From positions 1,216,001 to 1,280,000 of the forward strand of contig CM000154.2 in assembly GCA_000004695.1 (NCBI GenBank): a stretch of DNA of 64,000 nucleotides. The letters are read 5' to 3'. Below, in pieces: positions 21,027 through 34,213 of the stretch (its first letter is position 1; every line of letters starts with the position of its first letter). The notes under the pieces were generated by a model. It ran no database searches. It was given only the letters and a program-made list of their open reading frames with translations, and was not told where the DNA came from. The DNA is from Dictyostelium discoideum (taxonomy: Eukaryota). The translations under genes and the position numbers were made by a program.

Positions 21027-21602
21027 ACATTAGAAATTGTACAAACTATTTCAATTCCAGGACAATTTATAGTTAGTATTACAGAGATATTTGGAGAAAG
21101 TAATCAAGTTTGGGTTGGTGCAACAGGTGGACAAATTATTATTTTTGACAAGACAACTGGTGAAGAGATTAGAAAGTTGAGTACACCAGCAAAGAGAAAT
21201 ATTACATGTTTAACCTTTCACAAGTATATGGATAAGGGTAAGGTTTGGGCAGGCTCTGAGGATAAATTAATATTTGTTATAGATCCATTCGATGATTATA
21301 GTATAGTTCAAACTGTTTCACATCCAGATTTACTTTTGATTAATACTTTGAAATCAATTTCAAAATCGGTTTGGAGTTGTAGTAGAGATTCTTCAATTAG
21401 AATTTGGGATTCAAATTCTTTCGAATTATTGGGTTCTCTTGATGATTACCATACCGATGCTGTCATTGATGCAATCTTAACTTATAATAATAGAAAAATG
21501 CGTTGGGAATTTTGGACTGCTAGTTTTGATAAATCAGTTTGTATTTGGAGTGTTTCAAGTGAACTTTTATCTCAACCACCACCTCCATTATTAAATGTTT
21601 AA
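21027..21602 (+). CDS. RhoGAP + WD40 protein, exon 4 (WD repeats, C-terminus)
   Basis: Acceptor ttttttag at 21025-26. It encodes [16 protein letters not shown]...[18 protein letters not shown]...[22 protein letters not shown]...[11 protein letters not shown]...[10 protein letters not shown]-type dipeptides appear throughout. Confidence 0.75.
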
Positions 21603-21670
<68 letters not shown>

Positions 21671-21901
21671 TAATAAAAATAATAATAATAATAAAATAAA
21701 TAATAATAAAAAAAAAAAAAAAAAAAAAATCTAAAAATAAAAAAACTAAAAATAAAAATAAAAAATTGTTGTTAAAATAGAAAATATCCAATTAAAATTT
21801 TTAATTAATTAAATTTCCAATTCCAAAATTGGGGAGGGGCGAACAAATCATTTCGTATCAGAAAAAAAGTTATTATTTTTTAATTTTTTTTTTTTATTTT
21901 T

Positions 21902-21942
<41 letters not shown>

Positions 21943-22052
21943 AAAAACACAAATTTTATTTTTTATTTTTTTTTTATTAATTTTTATTTTCATTCATTTC
22001 TCGGCAATCAAATTAATTTTTTAAATTATTTTTTTTTTTTTTTTTTGTTTGA

Positions 22053-22442
<390 letters not shown>

Positions 22443-22542
22443 TAACCACACCCACCCACACCCACTAATACAACACTCAACACTTCTTACATATCTATCT
22501 CTTTATACTTTTATACTTTAAAAATTTCAATTCAATTTTATT

Positions 22543-22573
<31 letters not shown>

Positions 22574-22594
22574 CTTTTTCTTTTTAAAAAAAAG

Positions 22595-22994
22595 TCAAAA
22601 TGATCAATCAGGTGATGGTACAACAACAGCAACCATTTTAACAAGAGCAATTTTTGCAGAAGGTTGTAAAGCAGTTGCTGCAGGTATGAATCCAATGGAT
22701 CTTTGGAGAGGTATTAATTTTGCAGTTGAAAAAGTTGTTGGTGAACTTAAAACCATTTCACGTCCAATTTCATCAACTGAAGAAATCTCACAAGTTGCAA
22801 CCATCTCTGCAAATGGTGATAAAGTTATTGGTAACCTCATTGCTAATGCAATGGAAAAGATTGGTAAAGAAGGTGTCATCACTGTTCAAGATGGTAAAAC
22901 TTTAAAAGATGAGTTAGAAATTATTGAAGGTATGAAATTTGATCAAGGTTTCATTTCACGTTATTTTATTAATGATGCTAAAGAACAAAAATGT
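22595..22994 (+). CDS. hspA: HSP60, exon 2
   Basis: Acceptor aaaaaaaag at 22593-94. It encodes [49 protein letters not shown]...[14 protein letters not shown], the classic chaperonin motif GDGTTTAT. The donor is GTAAGT at 22995. Confidence 0.9.
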
Positions 22995-23108
22995 GTAAGT
23001 AATAAAATAAATAAATAAAATAAATAAATAAAATAAATAAATAATTAAATAAATAAATAAATAAATAAATATTTATTAATATATTTTTTATTTTTTTTAA
23101 AAAAAAAG

Positions 23109-24089
23109 GAATTTGATGATCCAGTAATTTTAGTTGTTGATGGTAAAATTTCAAATGTTCAACAATTAGTACCAATTTTAGAGTTAGTTCATAGTAAACA
23201 TAAGAAATTAGTTATCATTGCAGATAATATTGAAGGTGATGCATTATCAGCATTAATTTTCAATAAGATGAGAGGTTTACAAGTTTGTGCAGTTAAAGCA
23301 CCAGGTTTTGGTGATCTCAAGAGAGTAAACTTACAAGATATTGCAGTTATTAGTGGTGCTCAAGTTATTAGTGAAGAATTAGGTGTTAGACTTGAGGATG
23401 TTGATATCACAATGTTGGGTAGTGCAAAGAAGATCACCATCGATAGTGATAGTACCATCATTTTAGATGGTGCCGGTGACAAAGCAGCAATTCAAGAACG
23501 TGTCGAATTAATTCGTGAATCACTCACTCGTACAACCTCTGATTATGACAAGACTCAACTCGAAACTCGTTTGGCAAAGATTGGTGGTGGTGTTGCTGTT
23601 ATTCGTGTCGGTGGAGCTTCAGAGGTTGAAGTTGGCGAAAAGAAGGATCGTATCACCGATGCCCTCAACGCCACAAAGGCTGCCGTCGAAGAAGGTATTG
23701 TTCCAGGTGGTGGCACAGCACTCCTCTACTCTACTTTAGCACTCAAGAAAATTAAAATGGATAACTTTGATCAAACCATTGGTGTAAAGATCGTTAGAGA
23801 TGCCCTTTTAATCCCATGTAAAACAATCGCAAATAATGCCGGTGTCGAAGGTTCTGTTGTCATTGGTCGTCTCTTATCAAAACGTGATTTCGAATATGGT
23901 TACAATGCTCAAAAAGGTGTTTATGAAAATATGATTCAAGCTGGTATCATCGATCCAACTAAAGTTGTTCGTACCGCTTTAATCGATGCTGCTTCTGTCG
24001 CTTCATTAATGACTACCACTGAAGCTATGGTAGTTGAAATTAAAAAAGATACTCCAATGCCACAAATGCCACCACAAATGGATTATTAA
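23109..24089 (+). CDS. hspA: HSP60, exon 3 (to stop)
   Basis: Acceptor aaaaaaaaag at 23107-08. It encodes [25 protein letters not shown]...AVKAPGFGD...[40 protein letters not shown]...[30 protein letters not shown]...PQMPPQMDY*. The spliced length is 556 aa, typical of HSP60. Confidence 0.9.
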   Translation, partial: EFDDPVILVVDGKISNVQQLVPILELVHSKHKKLVIIADNIEGDALSALIFNKMRGLQVCAVKAPGFGDLKRVNLQDIAVISGAQVISEELGVRLEDVDITMLGSAKKITIDSDSTIILDGAGDKAAIQERVELIRESLTRTTSDYDKTQLETRLAKIGGGVAVIRVGGASEVEVGEKKDRITDALNATKAAVEEGIVPGGGTALLYSTLALKKIKMDNFDQTIGVKIVRDALLIPCKTIANNAGVEGSVVIGRLLSKRDFEYGYNAQKGVYENMIQAGIIDPTKVVRTALIDAASVASLMTTTEAMVVEIKKDTPMPQMPPQMDY

Positions 24090-24105
24090 AAAATATAAAT
24101 AAAGA

Positions 24106-24137
<32 letters not shown>

Positions 24138-24410
24138 TAAAATTAAAATAATTAAGATTTTAAAAAGTTATTTTTATTTTTGTTTTTATTTTTAAATTAT
24201 TATAAATAACCATTTTCTGATCGGGGTACCCCAGTCACCTTTTTTTTTTTTTTTATTAATTTTATTTTATTTTCAATTTTTTTTTCAATTTTTTTTTTTT
24301 AATTTTTTTTTTTTTTATTTTATCAAAAATTTTCAAAATTTTTTGTTTATATTAATTTTTTTATCTTCACAAAGCAATAATAAAGAAAAGAAAAAAATGA
24401 ACAATGTAAG

Positions 24411-24420
<10 letters not shown>

Positions 24421-24505
<85 letters not shown>
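24421..24505. repeat. (ATT)n microsatellite upstream of EDC4-like gene
   Basis: Pure ATT repeat of about 85 nt. Confidence 0.9.
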
Positions 24506-24557
24506 TATTAAAATAATTAAAAATATTGATAATAAAAATAATTAATAAATTAATAAA

Positions 24558-24595
<38 letters not shown>

Positions 24596-24644
24596 AATCA
24601 TTTGACATAATCATCATACAACCAATTCACAGAGAAAACTCTTT

Positions 24645-24988
24645 ATGAGTCATGAAGAGTTAGAAAAGCAACAAGAACAAGAGTTACAAACTCAACATCA
24701 ACAACAAGAAGAGAATAACAATAATAGTGTTTTAAGATTCTTTCAAAATTTAAGTGGTTCAATGGGTTCTATACCAACACAAGACCCATTACAACAACAA
24801 CAACAACAACAACAACAACCACCACTACCACAACAACCAAACATATTGTCATTTTTAACAGGAGAAATGAGAAGTGCTTCACCAACAATATCACCATCAA
24901 CATCATCAAATAATGTAAATATCAATCTTCACTCATCTGATAAATCAATAAAAAATTCAATTGGTAATCTAAATAATAAGAATTCTGC
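24645..24988 (+). CDS. Enhancer of mRNA decapping 4 (EDC4/Ge-1/Hedls)-like protein, exon 1 (Gln-rich N-terminus)
   Basis: ATG at 24645 gives MSHEELEKQQEQELQTQHQQQ...; a strong GTAAGT donor at 24989 is phase 2. An alternative phase-0 donor GTAAAT lies at 24915. The downstream 4 kb exon lacks an in-frame ATG near its 5' end, consistent with a spliced 5' exon. Confidence 0.45.
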
Positions 24989-25131
24989 GTAAGTTTTTAT
25001 TAATATTAATAATATATATAAAAAAAAAAAAAAAAAAAAAAAAAAAGGTTTAAAAATTAAATGTAATTTCAAATATTAATACAAATATTCCTTTTTTTTT
25101 TTTTCCTTTCTTTTTTTTTTTTTTAAGGGAG

Positions 25132-28100
25132 GGGCCTTCATTTAGGATTAAATTTATATGGGAAAAATATAAATATAAATTCAAAGAAATCATTGGGTAG
25201 TAAATTGGAAGTGGAATCCCAAACCGTTACAAGGGTCCAACCGAATAGACCAAGTAGTAATTTAATTGGTAATTTAATATCAGTGAATAAATATTTCATA
25301 TCTTACATTATAAAGGGTGAAAAGGTTAGAATATTGGATAAATCAAGTGCAACTAAAATCTTGTTAAAAGAGTTTCCAGACGTAATAGATATTCAATTTC
25401 ATAGTGAAAATGTAAACATTTTGTCATGTTGTAGTATGTCTGATGGTTGTATTTACATTTATGAAATCGTTAATAATGGTGAATCTATAAATGCAAAATT
25501 ATTATCAAAAATTAAACAACAACCACAACCACAACCACAACCACAACCACATGGTAGTTCATCATCATCATCATCATCATCTTATTATACAACTGTTAAA
25601 TGGCATCCAACTAAAAATGATACATTATTAACTTGTACAAATGATTCAAAATTGGTTTATGCTTTTAATATAAATCAACCTGATACACCATTATTCATAT
25701 TGGATCCAACAACTGGAAATATTCCAACTGGTTTATGTTGGTTCGTACAAGAGTCACCATTCAATGCTAGTGGTAATGTTTTTGAAAAATCATCAATTTT
25801 AATTGCAAATGGTGATATTTGTATTTTTAATCAACAACAACAACAACAACCAAATATTTATCAATTAGAGAGTACATATAGTAGTATTAATGGTAGTGAT
25901 GGTAATAATTTAGATTTCTTATTTGTTAATCATATCAATTTCGATACAATTGTTGGTGTTACAAGACAATCTGAAATTTATTTATTTAATAGACAATTTT
26001 CGGTGATTCAAAAGATTACCTTTTCAAATAATCTATTTTCAATTTGTTCATTATTATCAATTAAAGATTCATTTTTATTCATCTCTGATAGTAATAGTTC
26101 AAAAGCATATATAATTCATATAAACTCTGGTAAAAAAGATAAATCAAATGATATTATTGGTGATGGTAGTGATGATAAAGATGCTATAAATAGTTTAGAT
26201 GGTGATAATAATAATAATATCAATAGTAATAATAATAATAATAATAATAATGAAGATAATGGTGGTGATGAATATCCACATTTTGATTATATTAATGAAT
26301 GTGATTTTAAGAAACCAATTATTAGTTTTTGTTTTCAATCAACACCAATAATAAATAAGAGTACAAGTACCAATAGTTTATCATCATCAACTCAATCACA
26401 ACAAACTTATCAACATCAACAAGAGAAAACAATATTTAGTGCTTGTACAATTCAATCACATTCAGTTTTACTTCATTCAATTTCTTTAGATACTTATTAT
26501 GCTGAAAATGATCAATACTCTGTCAATTCACTTGAAAATGATGTTGTCGAACAATCTGGTTTATATTTAGATTCTTTAAATAGTATTAATGGTAATAATA
26601 ATAATAATAATAATAACAACAACAATAATAATAGTAGTAATGTTGGTGGTAATAAAAATAATGGTGTTTTATCACCAACTAGCAGTACAAATGCAACCAT
26701 TGGTAGTGAAGATGATGATATTAATAAGATAATATTATTAACACCAAAATCATTCACCCCTTCATCACCACCGCCATTATCATTACCTGAACCCGATTTA
26801 TCATCAAGTCCGACATCTGATGATCCAATATTTGGTAATGTTGTCAGTGGTAAGGGTGTAGTTAATAATAATACTACCACCACAACTTCTGAAAAACCAA
26901 AGAAAGAGCCTTCTGCTGCAAGAAATTTGAAAAAGAAAACAAAATCAAAAGAGAATGAGTCAAATAGTACTACTACTGCTGCTGCTGCCACTAACACTAG
27001 TGGTAATAATTCAACACCATCTTCAAGTAGTTCTTCACCAAATGGTACAAATTCCACAACACCATCAACTACAGTATTATCTCCACCATTGTTGGTTAAT
27101 ACAACTGATGATCAATCAGGGTCAACTTCACCAGCAAGTATTAAAAAAGTGAAACCAAAAACTTCAACTACAAAGGTCACCTCTTCAAGTTCAAATGAAT
27201 CATTAAATACTTTAGATACCAAAGAAAAAGAGAAAGAAAAAGAAAAAGAAAAAACACCAACTAAACTAATTAAATCTACAACAACGACAACAACAACTAC
27301 ATCAACCACAACAACTCCATCAGCCACAACACCAACCACAACAACACCAACCAAAAAGACTCCATCATTTGTTGCCCCACAATTAGTTATACCTTTAACT
27401 AATCCAGCTTCAAAATTAACACCATCAAAATCATTATCATCAACTAATGTTAACTCTGTACCAACTTCATCAACATCACAATCATCGTCAACAACAGCAC
27501 CAGCACCAATAACTACAACAACAATGACAACTGCAACAAATACATCTCCATCCTTGTCACCTCCAACTACTGCTAATTCAACTTCTACCACTTCAAATAT
27601 ACCATCATCATTTTTCTTTTCACCAACTGAAACTAATCAAGATCATATTAACACAAATGCACCATTACCAGTACTACCACCACCACCACTATCACCACCA
27701 CAACAACAACAACAAACTTCATCTCCAACAACAACAACAGCAGCAACAACAACTTCAAATTCAAATTCACAACCAATTCAACAATCAAATTATACATCAA
27801 ATAATATTCAACAATTATTTATGGAAATGGAAAATAATTTATTTAATAGATTAGAGAGATCAATGGCAAATCAATTTGCACAACATGAAAAAGAAAGAAT
27901 TGAAAGAGAGGCAATGGAGAAGGAAAGACATGAAAAACTTTTAACAATTGTTCATCAATCAATTACAACCATGATGAAGAGTAATCTCGAAAAGATTGTA
28001 AAGAAAGAGATTGCAGCAACATTTGTAAATTTAGAGAAAACTTTACCAACTACAGTTGAACAAACCATTGGTAAGATTGCACAAGACCAATTAAAGAAAT

Positions 28101-29197
28101 TATCAGTTAAAACTGATACACTTTTGAAATCATCATCAGAGGCAATCGTTTCAAACGTTAAACAATTGATTTGTTCAGACATTTTCGAAGGTTTGTTAAA
28201 GAACCAAATGGAAACCATTTTCATAAGTTATTTCCAAAGTATTTTAATACCAGGCTTTGAAAAATCTTGTCAATCCATGTTTAAACATTTAAGCTATACA
28301 TTTGAAAATGGTTTCAATCAAGCAATTCAACATCAAACTTTATCATCTCAAGGTCAACATTTAGCTTTAGAAAAGATTTTAAATGAAGGTAATACAGTAA
28401 TTAAACAATGTACAACTCAATTGGTTGAACAACAAGATCAATTATTAAAAGAATTTAAAAAACAACAACAACAACAAAATCAACAACAACAACAAAATCA
28501 TCAACAACAAAATCAACAACAACACCAACAACAACAAAATCAACAACAACAACAACAACAACAAATGTCACAAATGCCACCACAATTCCAACCTTTACAT
28601 CATGGTCCAACTGGTTTTTATCCTTTCCCACCACCACCTCATTCACCATTAAATAATCAACAACAACCACAAACACCACCACAACAACAACAACAACTAC
28701 AACAATCACAACCACAACCACCACCACAACAACAACAACAACAACAACAACAACAGCAATCACAACCACAACAACAAACTCAACAACAACAACAACAATT
28801 AATTAATCAAAAATTATCAGCTTACCCACAACTTAAAGCATTAGTAGAGACAAGTTATATCGATGCATTTAATTTTGCATTGAACGCATCAAATCTACAA
28901 ATGGTAGTTAGTCTTTGTTCATGTTTAGATCCATACACAGTTTTCTCTTCAAATAAATTCCCACAAACAATAATTTTATCATTGATTCAACAATTATCAA
29001 TCAATTTGTATACTGATACTGAACTTAAATTAAAATGGATCAAAGAGTGTTTATTCGTGGTCGATAATAGTAAGGCTGATGTCACTAAGAAGATTTTAAA
29101 CGTTTTGAAAAATAAATTGGATGAACATCAAAATTCAAATCCAAATTCAAATTCACACCTTCTTCAATCAATTAAATATATAATTAAAGATATTTAA
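25132..29197 (+). CDS. EDC4/Ge-1-like protein, exon 2 (WD40 N-domain, Ser/Thr/Pro-rich linker, conserved C-terminal helical domain)
   Basis: A phase-compatible acceptor AG at 25130-31 follows a T-tract; the alternative AG at 25125-26 pairs with the 24915 donor. WD-like repeats occur near the N-terminus (TTVKWHPTKNDTLLTCTNDSKLVYAFN). The C-terminal region aligns with human EDC4: LIPGFEKSCQSMFKHLSYTF vs VLPAFEKSCQAMFQQINDSF, and MVVSLCSCLDPYTVFSSNKFPQTIILSLIQQLSINLYTDTELKLKWIKECL vs LVLYVCETVDPAQVFGQPPCPLSQPVLLSLIQQLASDLGTRTDLKLSYLEEAV. The stop is at 29195-97. Confidence 0.75.
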
Positions 29198-29351
29198 TTA
29201 AATACATACATATATATAATAATAATAATATAATAATAATTACCAATTTCCTCTAGTTAAAAAAAAATAAATTTAAAATTTAAAAAAAAAAAAAACAAAA
29301 AAAACCAAACACATATTTTACAATTATTCTTTTATTATTATTATTATTGTT

Positions 29352-29717
29352 TTATAGATTATCTAAATCTTTAATTGAAATCAAATCATTTCTGGTTAAA
29401 CCATTTTGTTTTAATAACCTTTCAAAAGTTTGATAACCCTTTTTATAAAGTTGTGGATTTTCTTTTATGGTGAAATGTTTTGAGTGAATTTTTAAATTAA
29501 ATACATGTTTTATTTCATTTCCAAACATATTTAATTTTTCATTATTTGTAATTCTTAATAACAACTGTTGTTGTATTCCTAATATTTCAACATTTGCAAG
29601 ACATATATAAGCAATACCTAATTGATTTTTACAACTTTCATGTGATACTATTAATAATGGATGACTTTTTAATTCTAATTTTATAGCTTCTTCTCTATTT
29701 ATATAAGAATAATATGA
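29352..29717 (-). CDS. Small conserved-looking protein of unknown function (~163 aa), exon 2 of 2
   Basis: Acceptor ttttttttag at 29719-18. It encodes SYYSYINREEAIKLELKSHPLLIVSHESCKNQLGIAYICLANVEILGIQQQLLLRITNNEKLNMFGNEIKHVFNLKIHSKHFTIKENPQLYKKGYQTFERLLKQNGLTRNDLISIKDLDNL*. Codon usage looks coding-like but I recognise no family. Confidence 0.5.
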   Translation of the reverse strand, partial: SYYSYINREEAIKLELKSHPLLIVSHESCKNQLGIAYICLANVEILGIQQQLLLRITNNEKLNMFGNEIKHVFNLKIHSKHFTIKENPQLYKKGYQTFERLLKQNGLTRNDLISIKDLDNL

Positions 29718-29798
29718 CTAAAAAAAATAATATTATTAAAAAATTTATTTTAAAAATAGATTATGGTTTTTTTTTTTAAAAAAAAAAATAAAACTTAC

Positions 29799-29924
29799 TG
29801 AATTTGATAAAAACACTTTCAAAGGTGTAGAATTTATTTGACTTTCAATTAAGTGATACTTTGAACATTCAGATGACGAAATGAAATCACCAACCACTAT
29901 TTTTTCATTATAAATAGTTTCCAT
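29799..29924 (-). CDS. Small protein of unknown function, exon 1
   Basis: ATG at 29924-22 gives METIYNEKIVVGDFISSSECSKYHLIESQINSTPLKVFLSNS; the donor GTAAGT at 29798-93 is phase 0 and matches exon 2. Confidence 0.45.
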
Positions 29925-29955
29925 TGCTTCTTACTTTATAATATATCCACCTAAT

Positions 29956-29999
<44 letters not shown>

Positions 30000-30283
30000 T
30001 CAAATTTATTAAACAGTAATTTTTCAAATAAAAAAAACAAAACAAAAAAAAAAAATAAAGAAATTTCCAATCAAAAATTTGGGAATTTTTGTTTTATTGG
30101 AAGGAACATGACAAAAAAATGGGAGGAACAAACTTATCTTTGTTTTAAGGTTTTTTTTTTGTTTTATAGTTTTTGTTTTTTTATTTTTGATACTGCATAT
30201 TAATTAAATGCCAATATTCCAAAAACCTTAGTATTAATTTGAAATTAATTATTGTAATTTAGGAGTTACCCAGTTAGAAATTA

Positions 30284-30447
30284 AAAAAAAAAAAATTACA
30301 GAATGGTTGCATTCATTTTTTTATTTATTTTTTTAAAGAATTTTAAAAAATGAATGATAATAGAATTCTAAAAATAAACTTTTTTTTTTAAAAAAAAAAA
30401 AAAAAAAAAATACAGAATGGCACATTCATTTTTTTATTATTTTTTAT
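30284..30447. promoter_or_regulatory. Duplicated ~30-bp upstream motif (aaaaa..tACAGAATGG(t/c)(t/a)(g/c)CATTCATTTTTTTAtt) in a divergent promoter region
   Basis: Two near-identical copies of poly(A)-tACAGAATGGxxGCATTCATTTTTTTATT sit at ~30284-30335 and ~30390-30447, 114 bp apart. They lie between the start of the small unknown gene (29924, minus) and the twinkle ATG (30731, plus). A regulatory function is inferred only from position and duplication. Confidence 0.3.
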
Positions 30448-30587
30448 ATCATTTTGTGTTCTTTTGAGTGATCTATTTATCTATATGAAATTCATATTAA
30501 AAATAAATAAAATTAAATCTTTTAAACCAAAAAGGTGTCAAAATAAACCACACCAAGATTGATAATAAAAATTGACAAAAAAATTGG

Positions 30588-30632
<45 letters not shown>

Positions 30633-30730
30633 AATTTAAAATTTTTTTTTTTTTCTATCCAACATATAATATTTCGGTCGTTGTTTGAAACCAAATATAA
30701 AAAATAAAAATAAAATAAAATTAAAAAATC

Positions 30731-31063
30731 ATGATTTCACAATGTCGAAATTTGAATAAAACAATTCAAAGATTGTCATTGCCATCAAATATATTTAGAT
30801 TACAGTATTTTTCAACAACAACCTCTAGCACAATTCCAAAAGTAACCAACAAGAAATTAAAAGTAACAATAAAAAATAAAGATAAATTGGATATCCCATT
30901 AAATAATTTTGTTAATAATAAAGATAATAACAATGGACCATCACTAAAAATCAATTATGTTGGTGGTGAACTTGAAAATAATCCAACAACATCATCATCA
31001 TCACCTGTACAAACATCTTCAAAATCATCACCACAATCTACAACAACATTTAAAAATAATAAT

Positions 31064-31135
<72 letters not shown>

Positions 31136-33001
31136 TATAATAATAATAGTAATGAAAATAATTCATCAACATTTGTATCATCACATTATAAAGTAAATGA
31201 AGAATCAATGTTATCATATTTAGATAGAAAGAAATTAGTATATAAAATAATTGGTAAACAAATCATTGTTAAAGAGTGTCCATTATGTCATGATACAAAA
31301 GGTAAATTTGATAATTTTTGGAAATTATATATTTCAAGAGAAACAGCTGCTTTCTTCTGTCATAGATGTGGTTGTAAAGGTTCATGGATTGATTTAAAGG
31401 TAAATTTAGGTGATTTATCATTAGATCATTCAAATCATAAACCAATAATAAAATCACCAACAACAACATCAACAAATAAAACATCAAATAATGAAACTGA
31501 AGAATCAACAATTAGTATTGCAGATTTAAAAAAGATGTTAAATTATTCAAATGAATTAAATAATCATCAAGATGTAATAAAGAAATTAACAGGTAAAGAA
31601 AAAGGGGAGAGAGGATTATCAAAAGAGGTATTAGAATTTTATAAAGTTGGTGTAACAAGTCAACAATTCTTTTTTAATGATGAATGGCAAGAACATAAAT
31701 GTATAACATTCCCATGGACTACATTGGATAAAAAAGGTAATATTCAAGTACATCGTTGTAAATTAAGATCAACCAAAGAGAAATCATTACAAAGAATTGA
31801 ACCAAAAGGTGGTAAATGGGGATTCTTTGGTTGGCATACAATACCATCCGATGCAAAGGAGATTATCCTAACAGAGGGTGAATATGATGCAATGGCAGTT
31901 TATCAAGAAACTGGTATTCCCACAATTTCATTACCAAATGGTGCAAATAGTTTACCAATTGCTCTATTACCCCTATTGGAAAGATTTGAAAAGATTTATC
32001 TTTGGATGGACGATGACGTACCCGGTATGGAAGGTGCTGCAAAATTCTCAGAGAAATTAGGAATTCAACGTACTTTTATAGTTTCAACCAAACAAAATGA
32101 TCCAAATGGTCCAAAAGATGCAAACGATGCATTATTGGCTGGCAAAGATTTAAAAGCGATTTTATCAACAGCTGCCAATATACCACATGATCAAATTTGT
32201 GATTTCAGTGATGTAAGATCAATAATACATAATGAATTAAAGGATCCTCTATCGGTTATTGGTAAACAAAGTAAATGGTTCCCTTCATTTAATAAAGTTT
32301 TAAAAGGTCATAGAAAGGGAGAGTTAACCATTTTCTCTGGTCCAACTGGTATTGGTAAAACAAGTGTATTATCCCAATTATCTTTGGATTTCTGTTCACA
32401 GGGTACTAGAACACTTTGGGGTAGTTTTGAATTAAAAGTACCAAGATTGGCCAGAAAAATGTTATCACAATTTTCAAATTGTAATTTAGATAAACATGTT
32501 GAAAATTATCAAGAAATAGCAGACAATTTCTCAAATATGCCAATGTATTTCCTTAGATTCTTTGGTTCAACTCAAGTTGATAAAGTAATAGACGCTATGG
32601 AATATGCTGTTTACGTTCAAGATGTTGAACATATAGTTTTAGATAATTTACAATTCATGTTGGGTTCTCAAGCTAAAGGTATTGAAAGATTTGAAATTAT
32701 GGATGATTCAATTGAAAAACTTCGTAAATTCGCTTCTCAAAAAAATGTACATATCACTTTAGTAATTCATCCAAGAAAACAAGATATCGATCAAGTACTA
32801 AACATTAATGATATCTTTGGTACTGCTAAAGCTACTCAAGAAGCTGATAATGTTATCATTTTACAAAATTCTAAAAATAATCAACGTTATTTAGATATTA
32901 AAAAGAATCGTTTCTCTGGTGATCTTGGTATAATTCCTTTATCTTTTGAAAAAGAAACAAATAGATTTAGTGAATCAAATGAATTTGATAATAATAATTT
33001 A

Positions 33002-33038
<37 letters not shown>

Positions 33039-33044
33039 TAAATT

Positions 33045-33049
<5 letters not shown>
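30731..33049 (+). CDS. Twinkle-type mitochondrial DNA primase-helicase (T7 gp4-like): Zn-finger primase, TOPRIM and DnaB-like helicase domains; single exon
   Basis: ATG at 30731. The N-terminus (MISQCRNLNKTIQRLSLPSNIFRLQYFSTTTS) has the basic/hydroxylated look of a mitochondrial presequence. A CxxC...CxxC zinc ribbon is present (CPLCHDTKGK...CHRCGCKG). A TOPRIM-like segment follows (ILTEGEYDAMAVYQETGIPTISLPNGA...LWMDDDVPG). The helicase carries Walker A GPTGIGKTS and Walker B HIVLDNLQFM, plus an arginine-finger region; this is the same architecture as T7 gp4 and Twinkle. A poly-Asn insert lies near the N-terminus. Confidence 0.85.
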
Positions 33050-33081
<32 letters not shown>

Positions 33082-33147
33082 TAAATTTATAATAATAATA
33101 TTAAAAACACAAAAAAAAAAAAAAAGAATTTATTTTTTTTATATTAT

Positions 33148-34128
33148 TTAAATTTTTGAGGATGTTGGTGTTGGAATTTGTTGAAATGACAAATGATTAT
33201 TGTTTGGTGCATAATAGTTATAAGTTTGTTGTTGTTGTTGTTGTTGATGCCATTGACTTTGGTTTGAAATATCTTCATTCGTTGTTGCGGTATTTAGTTG
33301 ACTTCCACAATTTACATAATTATTTGAATAGTAATTGTAATATTGTTGTTGTTGTTGTAGGTGTTGTGGAACATGGTATCTTTGTTGTTGTGGTTGTTGT
33401 GGTGGTTGTTGTTGTTGATAAACCATTTGGTTATAATTTTTATTTTGGAATTGGTAAACTTTTGGACTTTGATTATTTTTAGAAATTAATGGACTATATG
33501 GGTTATTTGGTGAATGATTAGAATGTGGTGTTTGAATATTTTTGTATACCTTTTGGGGTAGTTGAATTAATCCATTTCCATATTTTTTATTTGTTGTACT
33601 TGGACTGTTAAAGTCCCATTTGGATGTAGAGGTAGAAGAAGAATAGTTTATATTTTTAAATACATTACCATGATTTAATGGTGAATGATCAGAGTTGTTT
33701 GATTTACATGGTGCTCCAAAAGAGTAAGACTTCATTAATGTTGGTGTTGTTGGGCTACTTATATTGCATGGTGAAGAATAGTTATTAGGTGACATTGATA
33801 TTGGTGATGAATTTGATGATTCATTATTTAATTTTACATGGTTATTGTAATTATTATTATTATTATTTTTAATTATATTAATATTACTATTTGAATTATT
33901 ATTTGTGTTATTAACACTTGAAATTGAAATTGGTGATAAAGAATTTGAAGGTTTTTCAGTTTTAAAGAAAACTGGAGCGGAGTTTGAAAGAATGTTTGAA
34001 CCATTAAATTCAGTAGGACTTGATTTATTACTATTTGGTTTTGTTAAACCACCTGATAAGGACAACTCTCTTTTTTTAACGGTTTTATTTAAAAGTTTTT
34101 GTTTTAATTTAATTTCTCTTTTTAATTT
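33148..34128 (-). CDS. Asn/Gln/Ser-rich low-complexity protein, exon 2 of 2
   Basis: Acceptor aaaatag at 34130-29; phase 0. It encodes KLKREIKLKQKLLNKTVKKRELSLSGGLTKPNSNKSS... followed by long N/S/Q-rich sequence. The stop is at 33148-50. Confidence 0.5.
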   Translation of the reverse strand, partial: KLKREIKLKQKLLNKTVKKRELSLSGGLTKPNSNKSSPTEFNGSNILSNSAPVFFKTEKPSNSLSPISISSVNNTNNNSNSNINIIKNNNNNNYNNHVKLNNESSNSSPISMSPNNYSSPCNISSPTTPTLMKSYSFGAPCKSNNSDHSPLNHGNVFKNINYSSSTSTSKWDFNSPSTTNKKYGNGLIQLPQKVYKNIQTPHSNHSPNNPYSPLISKNNQSPKVYQFQNKNYNQMVYQQQQPPQQPQQQRYHVPQHLQQQQQYYNYYSNNYVNCGSQLNTATTNEDISNQSQWHQQQQQQQTYNYYAPNNNHLSFQQIPTPTSSKI

Positions 34129-34213
34129 CTATTTTAAATGATTAAAAAAAAAAAAAGTTAATATATTTTATAAATTGAAAAAAAAAATAAATAAATTAAA
34201 TAAAAAATTTTAC

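Noticed and set aside
24915-25131. Alternative EDC4 exon 1/2 junction (GTAAAT donor at 24915 to AG acceptor at 25125-26)
   Set aside because: It is phase-compatible, but it uses a weaker donor and places clearly coding-like sequence (24915-24988) in the intron. The GTAAGT donor at 24989 is preferred, though the alternative cannot be excluded without transcript data.
26512-28769. Antisense ORFs 26512-27057, 27112-27591, 27955-28224 and 28455-28769 inside the EDC4-like exon
   Set aside because: They are low-complexity (V/G/D-rich) translations of the reverse strand of Ser/Thr/Gln-rich coding repeats. The sense frame carries recognisable EDC4 homology.
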